The notes under the pieces: model-generated | The model's input: the letters and a program-made list of their open reading frames with translations, nothing else | What the model was told of the DNA's origin: nothing | The model's database searches: none | Part shown: positions 19,477 through 29,351 of the stretch, piece by piece | Layout: each line of letters begins with the position of its first letter | How positions within the stretch are numbered: position 1 is the stretch's first letter | Program-made: the position numbers and the translations under genes | Origin: an uncultured Spirochaetota bacterium | Lineage (GTDB): Bacteria; Spirochaetota; Spirochaetia; SZUA-6; Fen-1364 | Assembly (NCBI GenBank): GCA_963781885.1 | Contig: CAWAHW010000002.1 | Coordinates: 1,024,001-1,088,000 of the forward strand | Direction of reading: 5' to 3' | DNA length: 64,000 bases

Positions 19477-20419
19477 ATGCCCCGCCGCGCCGCCCCCGCA
19501 CGCCGACTCCCGATAGCCCGTCTGGCCGCGCTCTTCATTTTCCTGCTCGCCGCCGCTGCCGTTGCCATTCTTGCCGGCTGCCCGCCCACACCGCCGCGCG
19601 CGGTGACGCCGTTCGCAGGCAACGCCGCCCGTGGCGACGGAAGGCCAGGAGCGCCGCCTCCCGCAGACCGAGACGACTGCCGCCCCTGGGCGCGCGGAAG
19701 GCACGGTGCCGCCGGAGCATCCCCAGCCGGAAAAAACCGGGCTTCTTTCGGTCATCATCGATGACGCGGGCTACAGCCTCGGCGAGCTGCAGGCATTCCT
19801 CGACCTGCCCGTGCCTCTCACCATATCCGTCCTGCCCAACCTGCCGCACAGCACGGAGGCGGCGCGAAGGGTGCTTGCCGCGGGCAAGGAGCTCATCCTG
19901 CATTGCCCGATGGAGCCTCTGGGCGGAGAGAATCCCGGTCCGGGCGCCTTGTACACCGGGGAAAGCAACGCACGCACCATCCAGCTTCTCGATGCCGCCT
20001 TTGCCTCTGTTCCCGGCGCAATGGGGATGAACAACCACATGGGCTCCAAGGCCACGGCCGACCCTGCGCTCATGGGCGACGTCATTGCCTACCTCAAGCG
20101 CCACGGTCTGCTGTTCATCGACAGCAGGACGACGGCGGACACCGTGGGCGCGCGCATCGCGGAGGAGCAGGGCGTGCGGGGAACGCAGCGGGATGTGTTC
20201 ATCGACGACATCACGACGGATGCCGAGATCGCTTCCGCCTTTGAGAAAGGCATCGGGGAGGCGCGGGCGCACGGCACCGCGGTGCTCATCGGGCATGTAC
20301 AGAACAGGGGGGTGATCGATATACTGCGCGCCGGCGCCGCGAACGCGGCGGTAAAAGGCGCGCGATTCGCGCGCCTGACGGACGTGATCGAAGAGCGCGA
20401 AAGGAATCCCGCACCGTGA
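19477..20419 (+). CDS. Divergent polysaccharide deacetylase (DUF610/YibQ-like), frameshift near 19610
   Basis: IIDDAG, HCPMEP, NNHMGS, FIDSRT, RDVFID, IGH motifs; the N-terminal anchor lies in the 19477 frame. Confidence 0.85.
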
Positions 20420-21429
20420 AGATACTCGGCATCGAAAGCTCGTGCGACGAATGCTCGGCCGCCGTCGTGGAGGACGGGCGGCGCATCCACAGCAATGTCA
20501 TCCTCAGCCAGATCGATTTTCACAAGCCCTACTATGGCGTGGTCCCCGAGATTGCCTCGCGGAAACACATTGAATGGATCGGCCCGGTCGTACGGGAGGC
20601 GCTGGAAAAAGCCGCGACGACCCTGGCCGACATCGAGGCTATTGCCGTCACCTACCGCCCCGGGCTCATCGGTTCCCTGCTCGTGGGTCTCTCTTATGCA
20701 AAGGGCCTTTCCTGGGGCCTGGGAAAACCCCTTGTCGGTGTCGATCATATCCTCGCCCACCTGTATGCGCCTCACCTTGAGCGGGACATCGCCTACCCGT
20801 ACCTGGGGCTCCTGGTCTCCGGAGGCCACACCATTATCGCGGTGGTCGAAAGGCACGACAGGATCCAGGTTCTGGGAACGACCATCGACGATGCGGTGGG
20901 GGAAGCCTTCGACAAGGTCGCGAAGTACTATGATATCGGTTTCCCGGGCGGGCTTGCCATCGACAAGCTGTCGGTGAGCGGCGATGCGCGCGCGTACAAG
21001 TTCCCCCGTTCGTCTCTGCACAAAGGCGACGCGCGCTATGACGTGTCCTACTCGGGCCTGAAGACGGCCGTCATCCACCAGAGCGATTCGTTCTGGAACG
21101 GGGAATCGGAAAAGAGCGTCGCCAACATTGCCGCCTCTTTCCAGAAGGCGGCGATCGACATCCTCGTCGACCGGACGCTCGCCGCCGCGGCGGACAACGG
21201 CCTGCGGCGAATCGTGGCCGGGGGCGGGGTCGCTGCCAACAGCTATCTCCGCGAGCGCATGGCTTCCGAGAAGGACGTGGAGGTGATTTTTCCTTCGCCG
21301 CGGTTGTGCACGGACAACGCCGCGATGGTCGCCGGATGGGGCTATCAGGCGTACGTCGAGGGGAATGTCGCGGACTTTTCGCTGAACGCCGAAGCGCGCG
21401 TCCCAATGTTCAAGAGGGCGTATCCGTAG
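20416..21429 (+). CDS. tsaD: tRNA N6-threonylcarbamoyladenosine synthesis protein
   Basis: ILGIESSCDE, GVVPEIASRKH, VSGGHT, DDAVGEAFDK, CTDNAAM. Confidence 0.97.
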   Translation: MKILGIESSCDECSAAVVEDGRRIHSNVILSQIDFHKPYYGVVPEIASRKHIEWIGPVVREALEKAATTLADIEAIAVTYRPGLIGSLLVGLSYAKGLSWGLGKPLVGVDHILAHLYAPHLERDIAYPYLGLLVSGGHTIIAVVERHDRIQVLGTTIDDAVGEAFDKVAKYYDIGFPGGLAIDKLSVSGDARAYKFPRSSLHKGDARYDVSYSGLKTAVIHQSDSFWNGESEKSVANIAASFQKAAIDILVDRTLAAAADNGLRRIVAGGGVAANSYLRERMASEKDVEVIFPSPRLCTDNAAMVAGWGYQAYVEGNVADFSLNAEARVPMFKRAYP

Positions 21430-21489
21430 CACGCCGCAGACGTGCGAAGGGCGGCGGCCGTTGGAGGCCCGAAGGGCCGAAACGGCGGG

Positions 21490-21681
21490 AGCCACGGAAG
21501 GCGAGGCCGACGAGTCCCTTCCGCTCCTGGCGGAGTTGGAAGGACGGCAGGAGGCCGTAGCCACGGAAGGCGAGGCCGACGAGTCCCATGGATGGACGGC
21601 AGGAGGTCGTAGCCACGGAAGGCGAGGGCGACGAGTCCCTTCCGCTCCTGGCGGAGTTGGATGGACGGCAGGAGGCCATAG
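21490..21681. repeat. Three-copy tandem repeat (69/52/69 bp)
   Basis: Unit AGCCACGGAAGGCGAGGCCGACGAGTCCC[TTCCGCTCCTGGCGGAGT or A]TGGA(A/T)GGACGGCAGGAGG at 21490, 21559, 21611. Confidence 0.9.
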
Positions 21682-21806
21682 CGCGCCAGGCGGCTACAGG
21701 TTCGTTTCCTTCAGCTTCCGGCGAAACCGGGCGACGTTCCGTTTTGCCGATTTTTCAATTTGACAAGGCATATGCACGTTATTAGACTTCTGTGCAGGAG
21801 TTAGGA

Positions 21807-22250
21807 ATGTACAAGGTGCTCATACTCTGGGCCCCGGATACTGCCGACAATCAGGCTGTTGTCGGCAGCGTTGTGCGCGCCCTGGAAAGCGACAGCTCCC
21901 ACGCGACCGCGCGGAAGGCGGTCGAGGCGACGATTGCCGACATCAACGGCTCCGACGTGGTGGTTTTCGGCGCGGGCAAGACGGGCGCCGAGGATGTGCC
22001 TGCCGATTTTTCCGAGTTCCTCCGCACTTTCAAGGGTGTGACGCTGGCCGGCAAAACGGCCGGCTTTTTCTCTTTCGGATCCGAGAAAGCAACGGCGCGC
22101 TTGCGCAAATCGCTGAAGGATACGGAGGTCTCCGAGATCGACGAGGATCCGCTCTTCAACGGCCAGATACAGGAGACTCCGGCCATCATTACGCAATGGG
22201 CCAGGAGGCTCATGGGTTTTCACCAGGAGGTGCGGAATGGCCGCACATGA
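21807..22250 (+). CDS. Flavodoxin-fold protein, degenerate
   Basis: KVLILW..SDVVVFGA..GVTLAGKTAGFFS pattern; TTGACA-17-TAGACT promoter upstream. Confidence 0.6.
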   Translation: MYKVLILWAPDTADNQAVVGSVVRALESDSSHATARKAVEATIADINGSDVVVFGAGKTGAEDVPADFSEFLRTFKGVTLAGKTAGFFSFGSEKATARLRKSLKDTEVSEIDEDPLFNGQIQETPAIITQWARRLMGFHQEVRNGRT

Positions 22251-22779
22251 AATCCTCGACAAGGCAATACGGAAGGTTCCCGGATTTCCAAAACCGGGCG
22301 TTCTCTTTTACGACATCACGGGGATCCTCGTGGATCCGAGTGCTTTTGCCTACTGCGTCGACAGGATGGAGGAGCTCTATGCCGGCGTGGAGTTCGATGC
22401 CGTGGCTGCCATTGAATCGCGCGGCTTCCTTTTCTCGGCCCCCTTTGCGCTGCGCCGGAAACTTCCCCTCATCCTGCTCCGGAAGAAAGGAAAGCTTCCG
22501 GGAGAAACCTACCGCATCAGCTTCACGCTGGAGTACGGGGAGGACATCCTCGAGGTTCATCGAAGCGACGTCCATGCCGGCCAGAAAGTTCTCCTGATCG
22601 ACGATCTCATTGCCACCGGCGGAACTCTTTCTGCCGCAGCCCAGCTTCTGGCACTCGGCGGGGCAAAGGTGACGGGCATATTCGGCGTCGTCGGCCTGCC
22701 TTTTCTCCACTATGACCGGGCCCTGACAGGCTTCAATGTGCGGACACTCATTCAATACTCAGCGGAGTGCGCGGAGTAG
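22237..22779 (+). CDS. apt: Adenine phosphoribosyltransferase
   Basis: PGFPKPGVLFYDIT, ESRGF, RKKGKLP, LLIDDLIATGGT. Confidence 0.96.
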   Translation: MAAHEILDKAIRKVPGFPKPGVLFYDITGILVDPSAFAYCVDRMEELYAGVEFDAVAAIESRGFLFSAPFALRRKLPLILLRKKGKLPGETYRISFTLEYGEDILEVHRSDVHAGQKVLLIDDLIATGGTLSAAAQLLALGGAKVTGIFGVVGLPFLHYDRALTGFNVRTLIQYSAECAE

Positions 22780-22794
22780 AATCCTCCCTTCCCC

Positions 22795-23805
22795 TCAGCA
22801 GATGCGCGGAAGCTGAAGGCCCCGGGGAAAATCCACGAGACGCCTGCCCCCGATGCGCGTCGTCAGCATGACCTTTCCCGGACAGGCACGCGAGACGTGA
22901 CCGACGCACCGGGCCGACTTGCCCAGAGGATGGGCGTGAAGCGCGCGCAGGGCCTCGTCCTCCATATGGCCGTCCACAATTGCGACGAACACCCCTTCAT
23001 TGGCGATCTCCATCGGGTTGAGTCCGAGCATGTCCGCCACGCCGCGCACGTCTTCGGAGACGGGGAATGCGGCGTCTTCCACGTCGATGCCCCAGGACGC
23101 GCCGGTCGCCACCTCGTTCAGGACGGAGGAAACGCCTCCGCGGGTCGCATCGCGCATGAAGCGCAGGCCCTCAGCGAGATGGAAAAGGCGGCTCACGGGC
23201 GGGTAGAGGAACGCCATGTCCGAGCGGAGCGTTTCACCGACGGGGAGATTCTCCCGCGCGGCCAGAATGGTGAGACCGTGGGCGCCGATGGGCGCGGAGA
23301 CGATGACGCTGTCCCCCTCCCGGATGCGCGTGGGTGACAGCACGTGTGGAAAGACGCGCCTGCCCACGCCTGCCGTGGTGACGAAGAGGCCGCCCCCTTT
23401 GCCGCGCGGAACCACCTTCGTGTCACCGGTGACGATCCGGGCATTCGCCTCGTGAGCGGCCGCCGCGGCGGATACCAGCGCCCGGCGCAGATCGTCCACG
23501 AGAAAGCCTTCCTCGATCACCAGAGCAAGAGACACGCACACGGGCTTTGCGCCGCTCACCGCGAGGTCATTGCAGGTGCCCAGCACGGAGAGTCTTCCGA
23601 TGTCCCCGCCCGGGAAGAAAGGCGGATCGACGACATAGCCGTCCGTCGTCATGAGGAAGTCGGAGCCGATCTCGATCGGGCTGGCGTCGAGCAGCTCGGG
23701 GTAGGAATCCGTGCGTAGCACGGGATGGATGACGGTCTCCACGAGATTGCGCGAAAGCGCCCCGCCGCTCCCGTGCTCGAGCCGGACGCGCCGGTCGTCG
23801 CTCAT
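22795..23805 (-). CDS. hypE: Hydrogenase maturation protein
   Basis: HGSGG, TTDGYVVDPPFFPGGDIG, GDTKVV, MRDATRGG, C-terminal LPRIC. Confidence 0.95.
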   Translation of the reverse strand: MSDDRRVRLEHGSGGALSRNLVETVIHPVLRTDSYPELLDASPIEIGSDFLMTTDGYVVDPPFFPGGDIGRLSVLGTCNDLAVSGAKPVCVSLALVIEEGFLVDDLRRALVSAAAAAHEANARIVTGDTKVVPRGKGGGLFVTTAGVGRRVFPHVLSPTRIREGDSVIVSAPIGAHGLTILAARENLPVGETLRSDMAFLYPPVSRLFHLAEGLRFMRDATRGGVSSVLNEVATGASWGIDVEDAAFPVSEDVRGVADMLGLNPMEIANEGVFVAIVDGHMEDEALRALHAHPLGKSARCVGHVSRACPGKVMLTTRIGGRRLVDFPRGLQLPRIC

Positions 23806-24881
23806 TGCGCCTCCCCGTACCGAAGGTAGGCGGCGCATGTTCCTTCGGAGGAAACCATGCAAGGCCCGACCGGATCGTCCGGCGTGCAGCGCGTTGCGAA
23901 AAGCGCGCACTGGGGAGGCGTATTGAGGCCCGCAATGATCCGCGCGCATAGGCACCCCGGCGGCTCGACGTCCACGGCAGGGGGAAGTGAGAACTCCCTT
24001 TCTGCGTCGTACGCGGAAAGGGACGGCTTCAACCCGAGCCCTCCGCCCGGGATCGCCCCCAGGCCGCGCCATGCGTCATCGCGCGGCTCCAGCGCCTCGG
24101 CCATCAGCTCCTGCCCGCGGGTATTCCCCTCCCTGCGCACCGCGCGCGTGTAAGCGTTCTCCACGCGGCATTCGCCCCGCGCGATCTGGCGGACCAGCAT
24201 GAGGATGCCGACGAGCATATCCAGTCCCTCGAATCCCGTGATCACGCCGGGCCTGCCGCCTTCCTGCTCCAGCAGGCCATATGCCTGCGCGCCGATGATC
24301 GTGGAGACGTGCCCCGGAAGCATGAAGCCGTCGATCCCGTGCACGGGGCTCGCCAGGAGGAAGCGCAAGGCAGGCGGCACCGTCTTGAACGCCGTGTAGA
24401 GGAAGAGATTGGAGATGCCCCTGCCCCGGGCCTCTTTCAGCGCCGCGAGCACGACGGGCGTCGTCGTCTCGAAACCCACGGCCAGGAACACGACGGGGCG
24501 ATCGGTGGCCTCCGCCATCGCCACGAGCTCGGCGGGGGAGTAGACCAGCCGCACACGACCGGTTCCCGCCAGAGAGTACAGGCTCCTACCCGCGCTGCCC
24601 GGCACCTTCATCATGTCGCCGAACGTGGCGATCAGCGCCCGGCCGGAATCCGCCAGAGCAAGGGCATTGTCGATGTAGCCGGAAGGCGTGACACAGACGG
24701 GACAGCCCGGCCCGGAAACCAGGACGATGGATTTCGGAAGAAGCGAATGAATGCCCTGCCGGCGCAGCTCCACGGTGTGGGTCCCGCAGACCTCCATGAG
24801 CCGCAGGGAACGGTCAGCACGCGCGGCGGCCGCCTCGATCTCTGCAACGAGACGGGAAGCGATCCTCCGCTCGTCGCTCAT
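23802..24881 (-). CDS. hypD: Hydrogenase maturation protein
   Basis: MEVCGTHT, GPGCPVC, GFETT, PGHVS, GPCMVSSEGTCAAY. Confidence 0.96.
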   Translation of the reverse strand: MSDERRIASRLVAEIEAAAARADRSLRLMEVCGTHTVELRRQGIHSLLPKSIVLVSGPGCPVCVTPSGYIDNALALADSGRALIATFGDMMKVPGSAGRSLYSLAGTGRVRLVYSPAELVAMAEATDRPVVFLAVGFETTTPVVLAALKEARGRGISNLFLYTAFKTVPPALRFLLASPVHGIDGFMLPGHVSTIIGAQAYGLLEQEGGRPGVITGFEGLDMLVGILMLVRQIARGECRVENAYTRAVRREGNTRGQELMAEALEPRDDAWRGLGAIPGGGLGLKPSLSAYDAEREFSLPPAVDVEPPGCLCARIIAGLNTPPQCALFATRCTPDDPVGPCMVSSEGTCAAYLRYGEAQ

Positions 24882-25114
24882 CCCGGCGGCTTCCCCGAAA
24901 GCTCGTCGAGCGTGCGGAAGAGGTCGAGCCGCTCCTCTGCCTCCTCGTTGCTGAGGGTCTCTATCGCATAGCCGGCGTGGACGATCACGTGGTCCCCCGG
25001 CCGCGGGTCTTTCAGCAGGGACACATCCACTTCCACGGTGGCCTTTCCCTGCGAGACGAGCGCGCGGCGCTCACCGACGAGCTTCTCTATCCGAACGGGC
25101 GTGGCAAGACACAT
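24878..25114 (-). CDS. hypC: Hydrogenase assembly chaperone
   Basis: MCLATP N-terminus and GDHVIVHAGYAI. Confidence 0.95.
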   Translation of the reverse strand: MCLATPVRIEKLVGERRALVSQGKATVEVDVSLLKDPRPGDHVIVHAGYAIETLSNEEAEERLDLFRTLDELSGKPPG

Positions 25115-25124
25115 GAACGGTCCC

Positions 25125-27427
25125 TCAGCTTTCCGCGAACCAGGCCTGACCGACGGCGAGCCCGCCGTCTCCGGGCGGCGCCTGTTCGTTCAGGAAAACC
25201 CCAAAACCATCGTTGATCAAGAGGGGGACCAGCAGGTCGCGGAGGAGGAGATTCTGGAACACCCCGCCGCAAAGCGCAATGGCGGCAACGCCCGTTGCAT
25301 CGCGCATTCGTCGCGCCCCTTCGGCGGATGCCTGCGCGATGCACGCATGGAACAGAAGGGACAAGGCGTGCACGTCACTGGACGATCTCTTGCGCAGCAG
25401 GCGGCCGAGCAGGGGACGCGGGTCGATGAGAAAAAGACGATCGTCTCCCGGTCCGGCCTTGAACGGAAGCAGGGCAAGTGCCTCCTCCCGGGAGACCGCG
25501 CCTCCGTCCCCGCCCGCGGCGGCGCGAAGTCCCTTGCCCTCCAGGCGTATGGGGCCTTCCCCTTCGTAGCTTGAGCTTTCCACGAGACCCAGTATTGCCG
25601 CGGCGGCATCGAAGATGCGGCCAAGGGAGCTCGTGATCGGGCAGTGCAGGCCGGACCGCAGCATGGCGCGCAGCATCTCGGCGTCACCGGGGGGATCCCG
25701 GGTATGTCGGCTCCCTCCTGTCCGTCGAGCAGCGCAAAGGCGATCCGGGGAGGACGCAGCGTTGCCGCGTCCCCGCCGGGGAGCGGAAAGGGGGAAAAGC
25801 TCCCCAGCCGCCGGAAAGCTCCGCGTGTTGCGTGGAGGAACTCGCCACCCCAGATGGTGCCGTCCGTACCGTAGCCGGTGCCGTCGAACGAAAGGGCAAG
25901 CGTTTCTTCCAGGCCGTGTTCCGCCATGACCGAAAGCGCGTGCGCGTGATGGTGCTGAACGGAGACAACGGGCACGCCCGGGGGCGGCGCCCACCGGGAC
26001 GAGCGGTAGGCAGGGTGCATGTCGCGCATGACGACATCGGGTGACACCGCGTACAGCTCGAGAAGCTGCCGGACCTGCGCGTCGAACTGGCGCATTGTTT
26101 CCGCGTCGTCAAGGTCGCCATTGTAAGCGGCAAGGTGCAGGTCGCCTCCCTGCGCAAGGGCCGGTGCATTCTTGAGGTCGCCGCCAAGGGCCAGCACCGT
26201 GCCCTTCACCGGTCGCGCAAGGTTGATGAGCCGCGGCACCAATCCCCGGGACCTGCGCAGGAGGTACGGGGGCGAGCTTTGCGGCACGCGGACGATGGAG
26301 TCGTCGGCGCGGAAGACGATATTGCGATCGTGAATCAGGAAAAGCTCCGCCGCGCCGGCGAGCTTCGCGATGGCCTCGTCGGGCGTGGTGATGATCGGCT
26401 CGTTCGCCCGGTTGCCCGACGTCATCACGAGATGGCCGTAATCGATGCCCGCGCGCGGATGGCGAAAGAGAAGGACATGAAGGGGAGTGGAGGGAAGCAT
26501 GATGCCCAGGGTGTCGGTATCGGAGACCGCATCGAGCCAGCGCGGCGCCTCCGCGCGGCGCCGGGCGATCACGATCGGCGCATGCGGCGACACCAGGGCA
26601 TGCTCCTCGGCTTCGGAGAGAACACAGAGCGCCCGCGCCTCCGGGAGATCGCGCACCATGAGCGCGAATGGCTTTCTTTCCCTTGCTTTTTCCCGACGAA
26701 GACGCGCAACGCCCGCCCGGTGCCGCGGATCCACGGCGAGATGAAAGCCCCCCATTCCCTGCAAGGCCACCACCCTGCCGGCGCGCAGGCCTTCGATTGC
26801 CGCTTCGAGCGGGTCGCCGCGCACATCGCCGCCGATCGCCCGGCAGAGAAGACGCGGGCCGCAATCCGCACAGGAGTTCGTCTGTGAATGAAAGCGCCTG
26901 TCCCCGGGGTCCGCGTATTCGCGGCTGCAGGCCGCGCACTGCGTGAAGGGGCTCATGGAGGTGTTCTCCCGGTCGAATGGCGTGCTCTGGACGATGGAAT
27001 AGCGCGGCCCGCATTGCGTGCACGTGATGAAGGGGTAGAGGAAGCGCCTGTTTCCGGAGTCGAGAAGCTCCGCCGTGCAAGCGGCGCAGGGCGCGAGGTC
27101 GGGAGGAATGGGCGGGAAGGAAAAAGGGTCCGGCGCGCTGGCCGCGATCAGAAAGGCCTTTTCACGCGTCTGCTCCGCGATGATTTCCCTCCCGATATCG
27201 TCGATGCGTGCCGTGCCGGGAATGCTCGCCGCAAGCCTGGCTTCGAACAGAGCAACGGCGGCGCCATCCCCCTGCACCTCGGCAACGACGAAGGAGCGTC
27301 GATTCTGCACAAAGCCGGAAAGCCCCAGGGACACGGCCAGGCGGTAGAGGGCCGGGCGGAAGCCCACTCCCTGCACCGTGCCGCGAAAAATGAACCGCAT
27401 CCTCGCCACACCCCGACGGTACTTCAT
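25125..27427 (-). CDS. hypF: Carbamoyltransferase HypF (frameshift in a homopolymer run at about 25690)
   Basis: GTVQGVGFRP, CTQCGPRYS, CADCGP, QHHHAH, DGTGYG; C-terminus SSLGRIFD..GGVFQN..GDGGLAVGQ in a second frame. Confidence 0.92.
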
Positions 27428-27474
27428 CGGAGCTTCGATTGACCACTGCCCGCGGCGTGATATAGTGTCGGGGC

Positions 27475-28554
27475 ATGGAACGGGTGATATTGAAAGCGCA
27501 GGATCTCGACGGGTACCTCCGGGCGGACGACAAAGCCACAATCGAGGTAATGGACAAGATGTTCCACAAGGCGATGGAGCGTTTTGCGTTGCTCGCCGAT
27601 CCCTCCCTGCCATCGCGTCACGCCAAGGCAACGGAGGACCTCGTCTCACTCTACAGCGAGATGGGCCACGCGATGCAGGAGATCGTTGCACGGGAGCCGC
27701 GCGTGCACGTGTATTCCTTTGAAACCCCGCGCGAAGTGCACGGCGAGGTTTCGCGCCTCATCGCGAAGCTGCGCGATTCGCGCACGGAGCTTCCCGAGTT
27801 CGTCTACTACACGCAGCGCGCCTACGAGCTGCTGTTCAATTTCGCCTTCGGGTCGACGTCGCGGGAGAAGAAGAATCACATCGTCGTCCGCACGCCCGTC
27901 ACGATCCCCGTGCAGAACTTCGCGGTGCACAAGATCCCGGACGTGGACGAGCTGATCGAAAACTCCGTGATGTGCGTGATGCTGCGCGGCTCGCTCCTCC
28001 CTTCCATGATCATGTCAAAGGAGATTCAGGAGTATTCCTCCCACGGCTACGTGACCCCGTTTGCGCTCTTCAAGATTTCACGCGACGACACGAAGGAAGA
28101 GGGCAACATGGAGTACGTGCTCCGTCTGGACAGATCCTACGTCGATCCCGCCAGTCTCGACGGCAAGGACCTCTTCTTCGCCGACCCGATGAATGCCACC
28201 GGCGGGAGCCTCGTCACAATCGTCAAGTATCTGTTGAGCAAGGGCGTGCGGCCGCGCTCCATCAAGTTCTTCAACGTGATTTCCGTGCTGAAAGGGGCGC
28301 TGCGCATCGCGCGCGCGCTGGAGAGCGCGGAGATCTATACGCTGTGGATGGACCCCGTGCTCAACGCAAAGGCGTACATCCTGCCCGGGCTCGGTGATGC
28401 GGGAGACCGGATCAACGGTCCGGACGACGGCGACAAGCCCCGCAACATCATCCAGCTTATCGCGGACTATGGCACGCACATCGTCTCCCTCTATCGCGAG
28501 CAGGTGCGCCGGATCGAGCAGACCGTGCTCGGGGGCGACACGGGCCGCACTTGA
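27475..28554 (+). CDS. upp: Uracil phosphoribosyltransferase, long spirochete type
   Basis: VMLRG, ADPMNATGGS, YILPGLGDAGDR. Confidence 0.85.
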   Translation: MERVILKAQDLDGYLRADDKATIEVMDKMFHKAMERFALLADPSLPSRHAKATEDLVSLYSEMGHAMQEIVAREPRVHVYSFETPREVHGEVSRLIAKLRDSRTELPEFVYYTQRAYELLFNFAFGSTSREKKNHIVVRTPVTIPVQNFAVHKIPDVDELIENSVMCVMLRGSLLPSMIMSKEIQEYSSHGYVTPFALFKISRDDTKEEGNMEYVLRLDRSYVDPASLDGKDLFFADPMNATGGSLVTIVKYLLSKGVRPRSIKFFNVISVLKGALRIARALESAEIYTLWMDPVLNAKAYILPGLGDAGDRINGPDDGDKPRNIIQLIADYGTHIVSLYREQVRRIEQTVLGGDTGRT

Positions 28555-28590
28555 ACCTCCGTCGCGGCCTCTGTTAGGATTGGCGCCACA

Positions 28591-29244
28591 ATGATCCTCT
28601 TCCTGATCGCGTCGCTGCCGTTGCTATTCAGCCTCGTCGTGCTGCTGCCCTGGGATCGGCGCCGCGGGCCGCACACCCTCACGACGGTATCGACGTATCT
28701 CAAGGGCCTTCTCATCTTCTTCCCCGGCTACATCGTCATCCTGATCTTCCGGAGAATCTTCGGTTTCTCGTATGACGGATTTCTTCTCTATTTCTCCTAT
28801 CTGCTCCGCGATCATTTCGTGCCCGCGCTCACGGCGGTTGCCGGATTTCTCCTTCTGCAGAAGACCCTCACCCTGTCGGGAAAGGAAGAGGATGTCTTTC
28901 TTGCGGTTTTTGCCTACATGGCGGGATTCATGACGGTGCTCAATATCGCCGATGCCCTGAGGACGTGGGCGAGCGCGGACACGTATACGCTCTTTCTTCT
29001 TCCCTTGCTGCGCGTCGCACTTGTTCTGGCCGTGGCGCTCGCGGCGGGCCGTTTTTATCGCTGGGAGGGAAGGGACGGGGCCTTCTTCTGCGTGGCTGTC
29101 GCGGCTTTCGCTTTGGTCCTGGACTGTGCGAGCTTCCTCTATGGCGCGAGCAGGGTGACGCTCGCCATCCTGCTGACGGTCGGCCTCTTTCTTGCTCCCT
29201 GCGTGGTTGTGGCTTTCCGATTCCCCAGGGTAATGCGCGGCTAG
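28591..29244 (+). CDS. Hypothetical multi-pass membrane protein
   Basis: About seven hydrophobic segments; TGTTAGGAT extended -10 just upstream. Confidence 0.65.
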   Translation: MILFLIASLPLLFSLVVLLPWDRRRGPHTLTTVSTYLKGLLIFFPGYIVILIFRRIFGFSYDGFLLYFSYLLRDHFVPALTAVAGFLLLQKTLTLSGKEEDVFLAVFAYMAGFMTVLNIADALRTWASADTYTLFLLPLLRVALVLAVALAAGRFYRWEGRDGAFFCVAVAAFALVLDCASFLYGASRVTLAILLTVGLFLAPCVVVAFRFPRVMRG

Positions 29245-29259
29245 ACCGACCACGGTACG

Positions 29260-29350
29260 CCGTGGCCGCATGAATGCCACGGACTACCGTGGCCGCATGA
29301 ATGCCACGGACTACCGTGGCCGCATGAATGCCACGGACTACCGTGGCCGC
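29260..29350. repeat. 27-bp tandem repeat, 3.4 copies
   Basis: CCGTGGCCGCATGAATGCCACGGACTA at 29260, 29287 and 29314, plus a partial copy at 29341. Confidence 0.95.
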
Positions 29351-29351
29351 C

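Noticed and set aside
21490-21681. Possible CRISPR array or repeat-encoded protein (ORF 21461-21763)
   Set aside because: The intervening sequences are identical rather than unique spacers; the ORF is only the translated repeat
29260-29350. Possible CRISPR array (27-bp palindromic repeats)
   Set aside because: Repeats are directly adjacent with no spacers, and no cas genes are in the window
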